A DNA stretch of 64,000 bases. It comes from Nanobdellota archaeon (GTDB lineage: Archaea; Aenigmatarchaeota; Aenigmatarchaeia; Aenigmatarchaeales; Aenigmatarchaeaceae). Position numbers and translations under genes: made by a program. Position 1 is the stretch's first letter. Every line of letters begins with the position of its first letter. Location of the stretch: assembly GCA_018901655.1 (NCBI GenBank), contig JAHIEG010000004.1:4267-68266 (forward strand), in the 5' to 3' direction. Below are positions 38,492 to 47,351 of the stretch, piece by piece. The notes beneath the pieces were generated by a model, which did no database searches, was not told where the DNA came from, and was given only the letters and a program-made list of their open reading frames with translations.

Positions 38492-39229
38492 CTATAATAC
38501 ATCTTCAAACCCGTGTTCAATAGTAGATATACGCACTTTTATAGTTGGCAACAGCTTCTTAGCAGTCTGGCCAAGCTTTCGCATTATCTCCACGCTTGGA
38601 CTCTTCATATCTCCATAACTAGGATCAAGTGTATTTGCTGGTCTAAATTGTTGTAAACTATACATCTCAAATCCGCCAGATTTAACAATATCACACATTT
38701 GAACCATGTCCTCTTCAGAATCATTAATCCCTGGAACTATGGTTGTTCTAGCTTCTTTAGAAACATCACTTGATTTTAAAATAACCATTGATCTCTGTAC
38801 ATTTTTTACGATCTCAGAAAAATTAGATGTACCAATAGCTAATCCATACTTATCATATGGCGCTTTAACATCAATTGCAACAAAGTCTAACATTCCTATC
38901 ACTTTTTCAAGAACGTTTGGAAATGATGCGTTTGTATCTAATTTTAACTTCTTTACTCCTTTTAATTTTATAATCAATTCAACCGTATCGGCCTGCATTA
39001 AAGGTTCTCCACCTGTTATAACTACGCCTTCTATTAAAAAATTATTATTAATCTCTTCTACTATCTCATCTACTTCTGCTTTTTTACAAACCATTGGATC
39101 GTTTAATACTACCTCTCTATTATGACAAAATGGACATCTAAAATCACAACCACAGAGATATATTACAGCACTTATCTTACCTGGATAATCTATTGTAGAA
39201 TTATCAACTATTCCTGCAAGGTCTAGCAT
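38492..39229 (-). CDS. nrdG: anaerobic ribonucleotide reductase activating protein (radical SAM, NrdG-like)
   Basis: CxxxCxxC (…CGCDFRCPFC…), …GGEPL…, about 245 aa. Last gene of the nrdD operon. Confidence 0.75.
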   Translation of the reverse strand: MLDLAGIVDNSTIDYPGKISAVIYLCGCDFRCPFCHNREVVLNDPMVCKKAEVDEIVEEINNNFLIEGVVITGGEPLMQADTVELIIKLKGVKKLKLDTNASFPNVLEKVIGMLDFVAIDVKAPYDKYGLAIGTSNFSEIVKNVQRSMVILKSSDVSKEARTTIVPGINDSEEDMVQMCDIVKSGGFEMYSLQQFRPANTLDPSYGDMKSPSVEIMRKLGQTAKKLLPTIKVRISTIEHGFEDVL

Positions 39230-39230
39230 A

Positions 39231-39590
39231 TTATCTACCTAATGCTTTTAGAAGTTCTTCTTTAGTAGGAATCTGACTAATAAATCTAGGAACACCATCT
39301 ATTATTATCGAAGGTGTTGAAGCTATTTGATAAGTTAATGCTTCTAATGATATGTCTTCTCCAACAACTGCAGCTGGACTATTTTCTGGAGTTATCTGTT
39401 CAACATAATTAACTATTGTATATTTTTCTCCCTCAAGTACAATTGATCCTGGGCTTAAGTCTGTTCCATCTACTAACTTCTCTACAAATTGCTTTCCTTC
39501 TATCCAACCTAATTCTTTACAAACTTCTCTTACTACTTTTCTTGCAGCTGGACATTTTGGACACATAACTGATGTATATAATATTAACAT
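39231..39590 (-). CDS. thioredoxin/glutaredoxin-like redoxin (CPKC active site)
   Basis: …YTSVMCPKCPAARKV… near the N-terminus, thioredoxin-fold length. Confidence 0.7.
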   Translation of the reverse strand: MLILYTSVMCPKCPAARKVVREVCKELGWIEGKQFVEKLVDGTDLSPGSIVLEGEKYTIVNYVEQITPENSPAAVVGEDISLEALTYQIASTPSIIIDGVPRFISQIPTKEELLKALGR

Positions 39591-39594
39591 TTTA

Positions 39595-39792
39595 TCACTT
39601 TATTGTTACTGCTATCGGTTCTGATACTTCTTTCTTATCTTCTGGTTCAGCATGAACTCCATATCTTCTTCTATCTTTTAATTCTTGAAGTTTGGCAGCA
39701 TTCCAACCACTTACATTTTGATAGTATCCTGTTATTCTAGACCATACTTGCACATTTTTACTTTTACACTTTGAACATTCACATTCTATCAT
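39595..39792 (-). CDS. nrdD: class III RNR glycyl-radical domain encoded as a stand-alone 65-aa ORF (NrdD C-terminal fragment: half Zn-ribbon + RxxGY glycyl radical motif)
   Basis: MIECECSKC…WSRITGYYQNVSGWNAAKLQELKDRRRY matches the NrdD C-terminus (…RVxGY…WN.GK..E…R). Own SD GAGGTGA 5 nt upstream. All three frames are closed between it and nrdD-large. Confidence 0.7.
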   Translation of the reverse strand: MIECECSKCKSKNVQVWSRITGYYQNVSGWNAAKLQELKDRRRYGVHAEPEDKKEVSEPIAVTIK

Positions 39793-39806
39793 ATTTTCAC
39801 CTCATT

Positions 39807-42800
39807 TTAAGCCCCACCTACAAAACCACAATCATCACACACTGCCAAGTCTTTTGTAAACGCAAAGTATTGTATTGCTGTTTTTGTTGCAATGTTTTTA
39901 GTTAATTGGGTTATTGCATCTGGGTCTGGATTAGCATCAGCAAGCCATATATGACTCATTGCTCCTCCATCTGTTAAAGGATGAAAGGATCCTTCTATTT
40001 GTAATCTTTTGAATAGTGGCACATTTGCATCTGGCCTTACGTGAAATGAATTGGTATAATATATTGATTTTGTATCTGAATTTCCTTGATAAATTACTTT
40101 ATTTGGATATCGTCTTTTATCTATCATTGCTAAACGACCACCCGTTGATTCAGCTGGAGTTCTTGCCAAAGCAAAATTTAATCCTGTTTCTTCTCTAAGT
40201 GCTGCTATCTTAGTTTTTAAATATTTCATTATTTTTAATCCAAACATCCAAGCTGACTGACTTTCATGTAATTCAGAACCTGTATAATATTTTACCATTT
40301 CATTAAATCCAATATGACCAATTGTATAACTCTGTTTTAAAGGTTCTAAGTATCTATCACCTTTTTCATTTACTATTTGACTCATGAAAGGTAACATTCC
40401 ATTTTGTAAATTCTTTTCTATTAAATCTTTTCTAAGAATCATAATTCTTTTAATCAATTCTAATCTCTCATCAATTATTTCATATATTCTGCTTTCTTCT
40501 TTATCAGACTCATATGCAATTTGTGGTAAGTTTAAAGTTACTACTTGTAATGATCCTCCTCTGACAGTTCCGTTTAACATGTCATCTGCATCTGATGATT
40601 TATCTAATGGCATAAGATAGGCACAACAGTTCGATGAAAATATTCCATCTGATGTTAAAAAATTATGATACTTTTCAACATTAATTAAATCATATACGTA
40701 TCGGCTTTTTACTTCTTCTATTTTCTTTACTTCAAATAAGTGTAAATCGCTTCTTATGAATTTTGAATATAATTCATCGTTCATTTCGAGTCTTTTTTCT
40801 GTTACTCTTTTACCAATTTGACACCTGTTCCAATGTCCTGTTTTTAAATTTTCTCTTTTAATATCAAATGGATTAACTGGGACCCTTTCATAAGAATCAA
40901 ATGATTTACCTAATATTGTAGGAACGTTATCAGAAAATGGCACTGATTCCAGAAATGAGCTCTTTCTTAAATTACTTGTTAATCTTAACGAATGAGAATT
41001 TTCTCCATGATATTTATCAAATGGAACCCCTATTCTCAAACCAAGTACAAAAATATCATCAATTAAGTCTCTATTACACAAATGTAAATCTATCTTATCT
41101 GAATTTGAACCGTCTCCTCTAAACATTCCAAGCATGAAATCCTTTATAATATACCAAGGAGAAGTCATGAGTATTTTTGGTACTCTTTTGGTTTTAGCAT
41201 CATAATTTGTTCCAATATTATCAAATAGTTCAACAAGTTCTTTGCTATAAACATAAACTGTGTTTGTATTATTCTTTTCTGAAATATCAAACTTAGCTTC
41301 TAAACCAAATTTTTCCTTAAGTATTTTAGCTGTATCGTCAATGTATTCTTTTTCTTTAATATTGAATGAGAATGATATCTTGTTATATCTTGTTTTCTTA
41401 TTTGCTATGTGCATATATCCTTCACTTGCAAAATATCCAAGAAGTCTTGCAAATTTAGCATCTATTTCTATTTTTTTATTATTAAAATCAACAAATCGAT
41501 CAAATTCAAACTCAAGTGGTAAATTCTTAGCACCAATTAAATAGTCTCCTTTCTTGACATCTTCCATTCTTATTTCACTTATCTTATTATTCCTCACAAC
41601 TGGTATTTTGTGTTTTTCTGTTCCTGAAAAAGTCCTATTTCCATCAAGAATTAATTTGAAAATCTTTTCTTTTGTTTCGTGTTTCATTACTTTTTCTATT
41701 TTTGTTTTCTTTATTTCAAGCGTATTTGTATCGAATGATATTGCATAATCATTACATTTTGATAGCTTAACTTTTCCTTCAATGCCGCTTCCTTTCTCGA
41801 CTATAGATTTTTTCATTATAGATTCAACATATTCTCCTATTTCGATATTTATGAGTCTATCATCTCTTAAAATCAATATCTTCTCTTCACCTGGTATTGA
41901 TTGATAACATGAAAATTCAGGCATATATGGCTGTTTAATTATGTAATATGGTGTTCCAAACTTTGCTGCAAGACTAGAAACTTTATACGTCTCTTCATTG
42001 TATCTTCCAGCTGCTAAATCTTTTGGATCCATTTGTACTTCAAACTTAGGAAAGTTAAATGGTTTTCCTTGCCAATCTCCTTTATCAAACACGTCTAAAA
42101 ATGCATTAAATAGTTTTCTTGTCTCATCTTCATAGTCTCCATAAGTTCCTGTTGCTCCACTTTTTCTTAATCCAATTATTGGAATGTCTTTTAACATATT
42201 TGGAACATGCATATCTAAATCGATTGAAGAAAATACAACCTGTCCTCCTCGCGCAACATACATTTGACTATTATGCAAAGCTATACCACTGATTGAAATA
42301 AAGTTCTGTGTTTCTTCTATCTCTAAATCATAAACATAAATTTCTTTATCTAATTTTTTAATACTTGTTATTTTTTCCAAGAATAGGTCATGGTTTAGAG
42401 GATTACAAGGAATGTTAGAAACATTCGTCATTGTTCCATTAAATGGTGCTAACATATAATCTGGCGTCTGTGGTACTCCTTTATTTTTTATTATATTTTC
42501 CAGTTTCAATGCCTTTTCATTCACAAATCCTATCTGATCCAAAAATTTCTTTGCAGAACTAATATCACATATATATAATAAATTAGAATCTTCATTTGCT
42601 TTTGTCTTTACTCCTTTGATAATAATCTCTTCTCCAGCTTTTCTAAATATCTTAGATTTAAATACAAGACCAAATCTTAAAAATGCAAATCTTAACTGTT
42701 CTAAAAGCTTTTTACTCGATGTTGTCATACCTACCATTCTTGAATCTGAAACATAACCGTCACTATTTACATAAGACTTTAAAAATTGTGACAATTTTTC

Positions 42801-44759
42801 TTTAGGTAAAGCTAATAGCCATGATGGTATTTTCTTATCTATAGCGTGTTCCCCCAGACCAAGAATGTCTCTAAATAACAAAGCCGCCAGCTTACCACCA
42901 AATCTTAAATTATACTCCTCTGCTTCATATGGATCAACTGACCCAAACACATGTTTTACACAAAATATGGCATCTTTTTTTATTAATTCGTTGTGGTCTA
43001 TACCAAGTCCTATTCCCATATTTTCATCAGAGGAATTAGTATAGCCTTCTGCAACATAGTATCCTATAAGTCTCAACAGTTCATCTGAAATACTTAATTT
43101 CAATGGCAAATAATATTTCTTTTTTGAAAATGTAGAAGATGTAACAAGTATATTTGATAAGACGCTTTTAGGCACATTATGTTTATCTACAATCTCTGTT
43201 AATTTTTTAAAACTTATTGTTCTTTTGCCTTCTAAAGCCTGTTTAACAAACCAACTATCTCCGATTTCTTTAGATGCTGAACCTAAAAAATCTATTAGTG
43301 GTTTGATGTTTGTAATTCTTAGCTTATGATAATCTCTTTTCTTTAATTCTTCATAAATATCTATAAATTCCTTGTCTATAGAAAAATCAATGTTTTTTAT
43401 TCCAACTATAAAATCATCATGCTTTAACTTAGACGTTTTTACTGGAACGATTTTTTCGCCATTAAATGTAAAAACAGAATGATGCCCCGTTAAACTAATC
43501 TTTTTGCCAAAGTTTGTTCTTATTTCATATAAATCAGATGCTTTATGTCTAGACACTCCTGTTATCTGCATCTGTTTAATGGTTCCGTTTTCATCAAAAC
43601 TAAGTGTTTTATATTTCCTATTTTTTGTTTTGACAATTTCGCTTTTACTGTATCTGTGAACATCATTACTATTATCCACTATATTATCAACAAAATCTTT
43701 TATCTTAAAAATTCTAAATTCGTTTTCTTCGTCTATTACTGGTATCTCTTCTTCTCCATCAATGCTCATTTCATAAATAAACATTTGAGCTAGTTGTTTC
43801 ATCTGCTTTTCAGATAATCCAGAAACAGCTGGTGCCATAAAAGTATTAAAGAATGAAAACCCCTGTCCTCCTGCACAATTAGTCTGTGATGCTGCTAAAA
43901 TTTTTGCAGCGTGTAAAAAAGCAACTTCTGCGTTTTTTGCTGGACCAGCTATTGATGTATGCCTTCCTGTTCCATCTGGTTTAAAACCGTGTTTTAGGAA
44001 AAATCTAACATCATGACTAAAACAAAATGGTCGACTAAAGAAATAATCCATATCGTGAATATGAATGCTTCCATTCATGTGTGCATTTGCCATTTCTTTA
44101 GGAAGGATTTTAGTTAATGTGTATTCTTTACTTACTCGGTCAGCCATTATTTTATGAATTGTTTCTGGATTATACTGTAGGTTTGCATTTTCTTTTGATC
44201 CTCTATTTATTATTTGAGTTACATCATAAACTGGCATTCCAATTCTTGTATATAGTGCTCTTTCTTTTTCATAACCACTTTCTAAAAGTTTAACATTTAC
44301 TATTTCTCTTATTAGTGGTGCAGAAACATGTTCAATATTCATTGCTTTAATAAATTTTTCTGTCTCAAATGCAATCCGATCTGCATCTATAGGATTAAGT
44401 TCTGTTTCTCTAACAATTGATTCTGCGATTTTAACTCTATCAAATCTTTCAAAGGTCTGCATAGAAGTGCTTACATATATTTCTCCTGCTTTGAATCTTC
44501 TTGATGCAGGCGAATCATATTTTTGTAATAAAGCATAAATTAAAGGTCTAATATCTGACATCTTTACTCTTGAATCAGCGTAGTTATCAATTTCATTTGA
44601 TATTTTTCTTGCTATCTCTTCAGAAGTTCCTGCTCTTAGACATGATGAAAATGTTCTATCTTTAGAATAACGTTCAGTTTTTGCTAACCAGAATAGTACG
44701 TTACCCTTATCTTTGGTATAAAAATCTTCAATTACTTTAGGAGATATCTTACTAGACAT
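39807..44759 (-). CDS. nrdD: anaerobic (class III) ribonucleoside-triphosphate reductase, large part, containing two inteins; ends inside the Zn-ribbon (…CDDCGFVGGA*)
   Basis: Exteins (aa 1-331, 831-950, 1378-1650) carry NrdD motifs (N-terminal ATP-cone-like region, …NCAGGQGFSFF…). Two insertions have intein Hint/LAGLIDADG blocks. Confidence 0.9.
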   Translation of the reverse strand: MSSKISPKVIEDFYTKDKGNVLFWLAKTERYSKDRTFSSCLRAGTSEEIARKISNEIDNYADSRVKMSDIRPLIYALLQKYDSPASRRFKAGEIYVSTSMQTFERFDRVKIAESIVRETELNPIDADRIAFETEKFIKAMNIEHVSAPLIREIVNVKLLESGYEKERALYTRIGMPVYDVTQIINRGSKENANLQYNPETIHKIMADRVSKEYTLTKILPKEMANAHMNGSIHIHDMDYFFSRPFCFSHDVRFFLKHGFKPDGTGRHTSIAGPAKNAEVAFLHAAKILAASQTNCAGGQGFSFFNTFMAPAVSGLSEKQMKQLAQMFIYEMSIDGEEEIPVIDEENEFRIFKIKDFVDNIVDNSNDVHRYSKSEIVKTKNRKYKTLSFDENGTIKQMQITGVSRHKASDLYEIRTNFGKKISLTGHHSVFTFNGEKIVPVKTSKLKHDDFIVGIKNIDFSIDKEFIDIYEELKKRDYHKLRITNIKPLIDFLGSASKEIGDSWFVKQALEGKRTISFKKLTEIVDKHNVPKSVLSNILVTSSTFSKKKYYLPLKLSISDELLRLIGYYVAEGYTNSSDENMGIGLGIDHNELIKKDAIFCVKHVFGSVDPYEAEEYNLRFGGKLAALLFRDILGLGEHAIDKKIPSWLLALPKEKLSQFLKSYVNSDGYVSDSRMVGMTTSSKKLLEQLRFAFLRFGLVFKSKIFRKAGEEIIIKGVKTKANEDSNLLYICDISSAKKFLDQIGFVNEKALKLENIIKNKGVPQTPDYMLAPFNGTMTNVSNIPCNPLNHDLFLEKITSIKKLDKEIYVYDLEIEETQNFISISGIALHNSQMYVARGGQVVFSSIDLDMHVPNMLKDIPIIGLRKSGATGTYGDYEDETRKLFNAFLDVFDKGDWQGKPFNFPKFEVQMDPKDLAAGRYNEETYKVSSLAAKFGTPYYIIKQPYMPEFSCYQSIPGEEKILILRDDRLINIEIGEYVESIMKKSIVEKGSGIEGKVKLSKCNDYAISFDTNTLEIKKTKIEKVMKHETKEKIFKLILDGNRTFSGTEKHKIPVVRNNKISEIRMEDVKKGDYLIGAKNLPLEFEFDRFVDFNNKKIEIDAKFARLLGYFASEGYMHIANKKTRYNKISFSFNIKEKEYIDDTAKILKEKFGLEAKFDISEKNNTNTVYVYSKELVELFDNIGTNYDAKTKRVPKILMTSPWYIIKDFMLGMFRGDGSNSDKIDLHLCNRDLIDDIFVLGLRIGVPFDKYHGENSHSLRLTSNLRKSSFLESVPFSDNVPTILGKSFDSYERVPVNPFDIKRENLKTGHWNRCQIGKRVTEKRLEMNDELYSKFIRSDLHLFEVKKIEEVKSRYVYDLINVEKYHNFLTSDGIFSSNCCAYLMPLDKSSDADDMLNGTVRGGSLQVVTLNLPQIAYESDKEESRIYEIIDERLELIKRIMILRKDLIEKNLQNGMLPFMSQIVNEKGDRYLEPLKQSYTIGHIGFNEMVKYYTGSELHESQSAWMFGLKIMKYLKTKIAALREETGLNFALARTPAESTGGRLAMIDKRRYPNKVIYQGNSDTKSIYYTNSFHVRPDANVPLFKRLQIEGSFHPLTDGGAMSHIWLADANPDPDAITQLTKNIATKTAIQYFAFTKDLAVCDDCGFVGGA
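40629..41909 (-). mobile_element. intein 2 in NrdD (about 427 aa) with LAGLIDADG homing-endonuclease domain
   Basis: Begins CYQSIPGEEKILI, LAGLIDADG motifs …FARLLGYFASEGY… and …FMLGMFRGDGS…, ends …VYDLINVEKYHNFLTSDGIFSSN followed by C. Confidence 0.8.
42270..43766 (-). mobile_element. intein 1 in NrdD (about 499 aa) with LAGLIDADG homing-endonuclease domain
   Basis: Begins SIDGEEEIPV (block A-like), LAGLIDADG-type motifs …LLRLIGYYVAEGY… and …LKSYVNSDGYV…, ends …VYDLEIEETQNFISISGIALHN followed by S. Confidence 0.8.
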
Positions 44760-44948
44760 TTCTACGCCTCTTTTTTGTTTTTCGGAACTGATTGTATCAG
44801 GTATTGATACAGTAACTAATTGGTTAACTAGATTAAGTAAAAGATATTTCTCATTAAGCTATTTAAAGTCTTCTATGCTCTAGAACAGAAATTACCCATT
44901 AGTAATGAATGTATTTAATTGAATGTAAATTTATACAAAAAGGTTAAT

Positions 44949-45353
44949 TTAAACACCTAATGGTAAAAGTATACTGTCACTGATAAAAGGTTCTCGCTTA
45001 GCTATTGAACCATCTGAAAGTTTAATGCCTCTTACATAATCACATACATTATAATACTCGGCATATACCGGATGAGTTGATTTTTTTTGAATACATTGAC
45101 CTTCACATTTTCTTTGTTCATCGGTAGCTAATGTCTTAACTTTGTTAAGATTTGCATCCCTACCTAAATAAGACTCCTTTTCACTATAAAATTTTTTATC
45201 AAGATATCCTCTTTGTTTTATTTTATTTTCATATTCTTTAGAACAAATAATACATTCTATGAAAACGCTTGGATCATGAGGACCAAATACAGATATAGAA
45301 TCTTCATCGTCATCATCAAAATCTCCATTATAATCCAACCCGTGTAATAACAT
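44949..45353 (-). CDS. hypothetical Cys-containing protein
   Basis: ORF with TATA 23 nt upstream (rc of 45376..45382). Confidence 0.4.
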   Translation of the reverse strand: MLLHGLDYNGDFDDDDEDSISVFGPHDPSVFIECIICSKEYENKIKQRGYLDKKFYSEKESYLGRDANLNKVKTLATDEQRKCEGQCIQKKSTHPVYAEYYNVCDYVRGIKLSDGSIAKREPFISDSILLPLGV

Positions 45354-45436
45354 AAATATATTACTATAGAAAAGGATTTAAACCACTACTAACTTGGGTA
45401 ACTAAGTCTCAAAACGAACCTATTACAACTCTAAAT

Positions 45437-45790
45437 ATGGATAACTCTCTAATACTTAAGATTTCTATTACAATTGCTATAATTGGTATCATTGGGCTCT
45501 ATGCCTTTACTTCTATATCTGTCAATCAGATGGAAGTTTCTAAAATCGTGGATTTTATGGGAGAACGAGTTACTGTTGAAGGAACAGTTGATAAGTATTA
45601 TACTAGTAAAGATGGTCATGTGTTTTTTGACATATATGATTTTTCTGGATCAGTTGATGTAGTTGCTTTTCGTAACTCTAACATAGAAGAAGCTTATACA
45701 ATTAAAGATGGCGATAAGATTAAAGTTACTGGAAAAGTTCAAGAGTATAAAGGTGGTTTAGAAATTATTGTTTCTAAGATTGATTCTTAG
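45437..45790 (+). CDS. membrane-anchored OB-fold (tRNA_anti-like) nucleic-acid-binding domain protein
   Basis: N-terminal TM segment, then …GERVTVEGTV…GDKIKVTGKVQEYKGGLEI… OB-fold pattern. Confidence 0.5.
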   Translation: MDNSLILKISITIAIIGIIGLYAFTSISVNQMEVSKIVDFMGERVTVEGTVDKYYTSKDGHVFFDIYDFSGSVDVVAFRNSNIEEAYTIKDGDKIKVTGKVQEYKGGLEIIVSKIDS

Positions 45791-45806
45791 TGGATTATCA
45801 TTAAAG

Positions 45807-46136
45807 TCATCTATGTATATTCTTCCTCATCTTGTGTTTATCTAAGGCCTTTTTAACAACATTACTAACAATTTCATGTCTACTCATATCTACATATATT
45901 GGATTTAATTTACAAAATTTAAGCCTAACGCCAACAGATTCTATCAAATCTGTAATTTGTATATAATCTAAAAGGTACTCTTCTACTATTCTATTAACCG
46001 TATTCGCATTTAATTTTCGATTATATTCTGCTTCAATCATTCTTTGTATTCCGCGTATATGAAGCTGCCCGTGTCTTTGTAGAACTTCAAGTATTAATAA
46101 CATGTTTTCTTTAGTTTTTTGTTGTATTTGTCTCAT
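45807..46136 (-). CDS. hypothetical protein, possible winged-helix
   Basis: ORF only. Confidence 0.35.
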   Translation of the reverse strand: MRQIQQKTKENMLLILEVLQRHGQLHIRGIQRMIEAEYNRKLNANTVNRIVEEYLLDYIQITDLIESVGVRLKFCKLNPIYVDMSRHEIVSNVVKKALDKHKMRKNIHR

Positions 46137-46271
46137 AATGTAACACGTGATATATATAGCATTTTATAATTTATATCCTTATCAATACTGGTCTTTTAGT
46201 TGTTAATATTAGAAACTAAGCTCTTTTAAGCCTTTATTCAAACCCCATTTTACTACTATATTTTACTGTTC

Positions 46272-46889
46272 TCACAATTGTGTTGGTATAACAGGGTTAT
46301 GACACAGTTTGTCATAAAACTCATCATCATATTTCTCTTCATATTTATCATAATAGTCAGAAAGCAATTTGGCTATACCTTTTACTGCTGAAACACTTTT
46401 ATGATTTATATTAAACTGTTGTTTTTCACCAATTTCTCTAACAAATTCTTTATAGTCCAACAAAGACACAATACAAATATTATTTTTATTCCATCTAATT
46501 CCTCTTGCAAGCACTTCATTGCTCCCAACCTTAATTGGGAATATTATAGATGTTGTAACATTATTTGTTTCTAGAGAAAGATAGTTTTTATTAGAATCCA
46601 ATCCTTTCAAATACTGGTCTTTTACTGAATCTATATCGATATCAGCTACTTTGCCATTTAAATATTTATGAATTAAGACATTTCCAGAAAACGGATAAGT
46701 TGCTAAAAAGCCAACATTTCTTATTTCACTATCATTTTGATCTAATGTTCCAAAAATAAAATTTCTTGAATTAGTTGAATAAATTTCAGTTCTTATTTCT
46801 TCTATATTAGCCTCTTTTGAATCAAATTCATATAATTCATTTATAATTTTTTCTGACGCTTCTGGATTATAATGAAATTCTTTTATCAT
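46272..46889 (-). CDS. hypothetical protein
   Basis: ORF with TATA 23 nt upstream (rc of 46912..46918). Confidence 0.4.
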   Translation of the reverse strand: MIKEFHYNPEASEKIINELYEFDSKEANIEEIRTEIYSTNSRNFIFGTLDQNDSEIRNVGFLATYPFSGNVLIHKYLNGKVADIDIDSVKDQYLKGLDSNKNYLSLETNNVTTSIIFPIKVGSNEVLARGIRWNKNNICIVSLLDYKEFVREIGEKQQFNINHKSVSAVKGIAKLLSDYYDKYEEKYDDEFYDKLCHNPVIPTQL

Positions 46890-46940
46890 AATAAAATTAG
46901 AATAGTAAAGGATTTAAGTCTTATTTATCTAATTCTTCAT

Positions 46941-47348
46941 ATGATTGGCACTGTTGATTTTCAAAGAGATGTAACAGTTTATTTAACTCCAGAAGAAATT
47001 TCTAAAATATCATCTGAGGTAATTGAAGGTGTACTGATTAGAATAAGCAACAAGAAACAACAAGGACAAGTATTTGTTTCTGTAAACGATGAACGAAAAA
47101 GTGAAAATGGTTATGGTGTTGGCATTGTAGACAGACTATGGGAAGAATGTCCAATTGCTGAGCTGTTTGTTGGAGACTATGCATACCAAAGACTTAAGGA
47201 ACGTGGAGGATATGGAACCCGATACGGTCAGATTGGTAGTAAAATAGACATAAACGATTTATCTAAAATCGGCAGATTGGAAGCCAGTGGGGTAAAACAA
47301 CTTGAATGGTATGTAGAAAATAAGGATAAACTTTCAGATAAATTTTAA
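46941..47348 (+). CDS. hypothetical protein (start at MIGTVD…)
   Basis: ORF only. Confidence 0.35.
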   Translation: MIGTVDFQRDVTVYLTPEEISKISSEVIEGVLIRISNKKQQGQVFVSVNDERKSENGYGVGIVDRLWEECPIAELFVGDYAYQRLKERGGYGTRYGQIGSKIDINDLSKIGRLEASGVKQLEWYVENKDKLSDKF

Positions 47349-47351
47349 TAA

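Noticed and set aside
39793-39806. Possibility that the nrdD split is a single-base sequencing frameshift
   Set aside because: All three reading frames contain stop codons in the 17-nt gap (TAA, TGA, TGA), and the small ORF has its own GAGGTGA ribosome-binding site. A single indel cannot rejoin the frames. Multi-base assembly error cannot be excluded without reads.
40016-43793. Several 60-94 aa plus-strand ORFs inside the nrdD and intein region
   Set aside because: All are embedded antisense in the 1650-aa NrdD/intein ORF, with typical A/T-rich shadow-frame composition.
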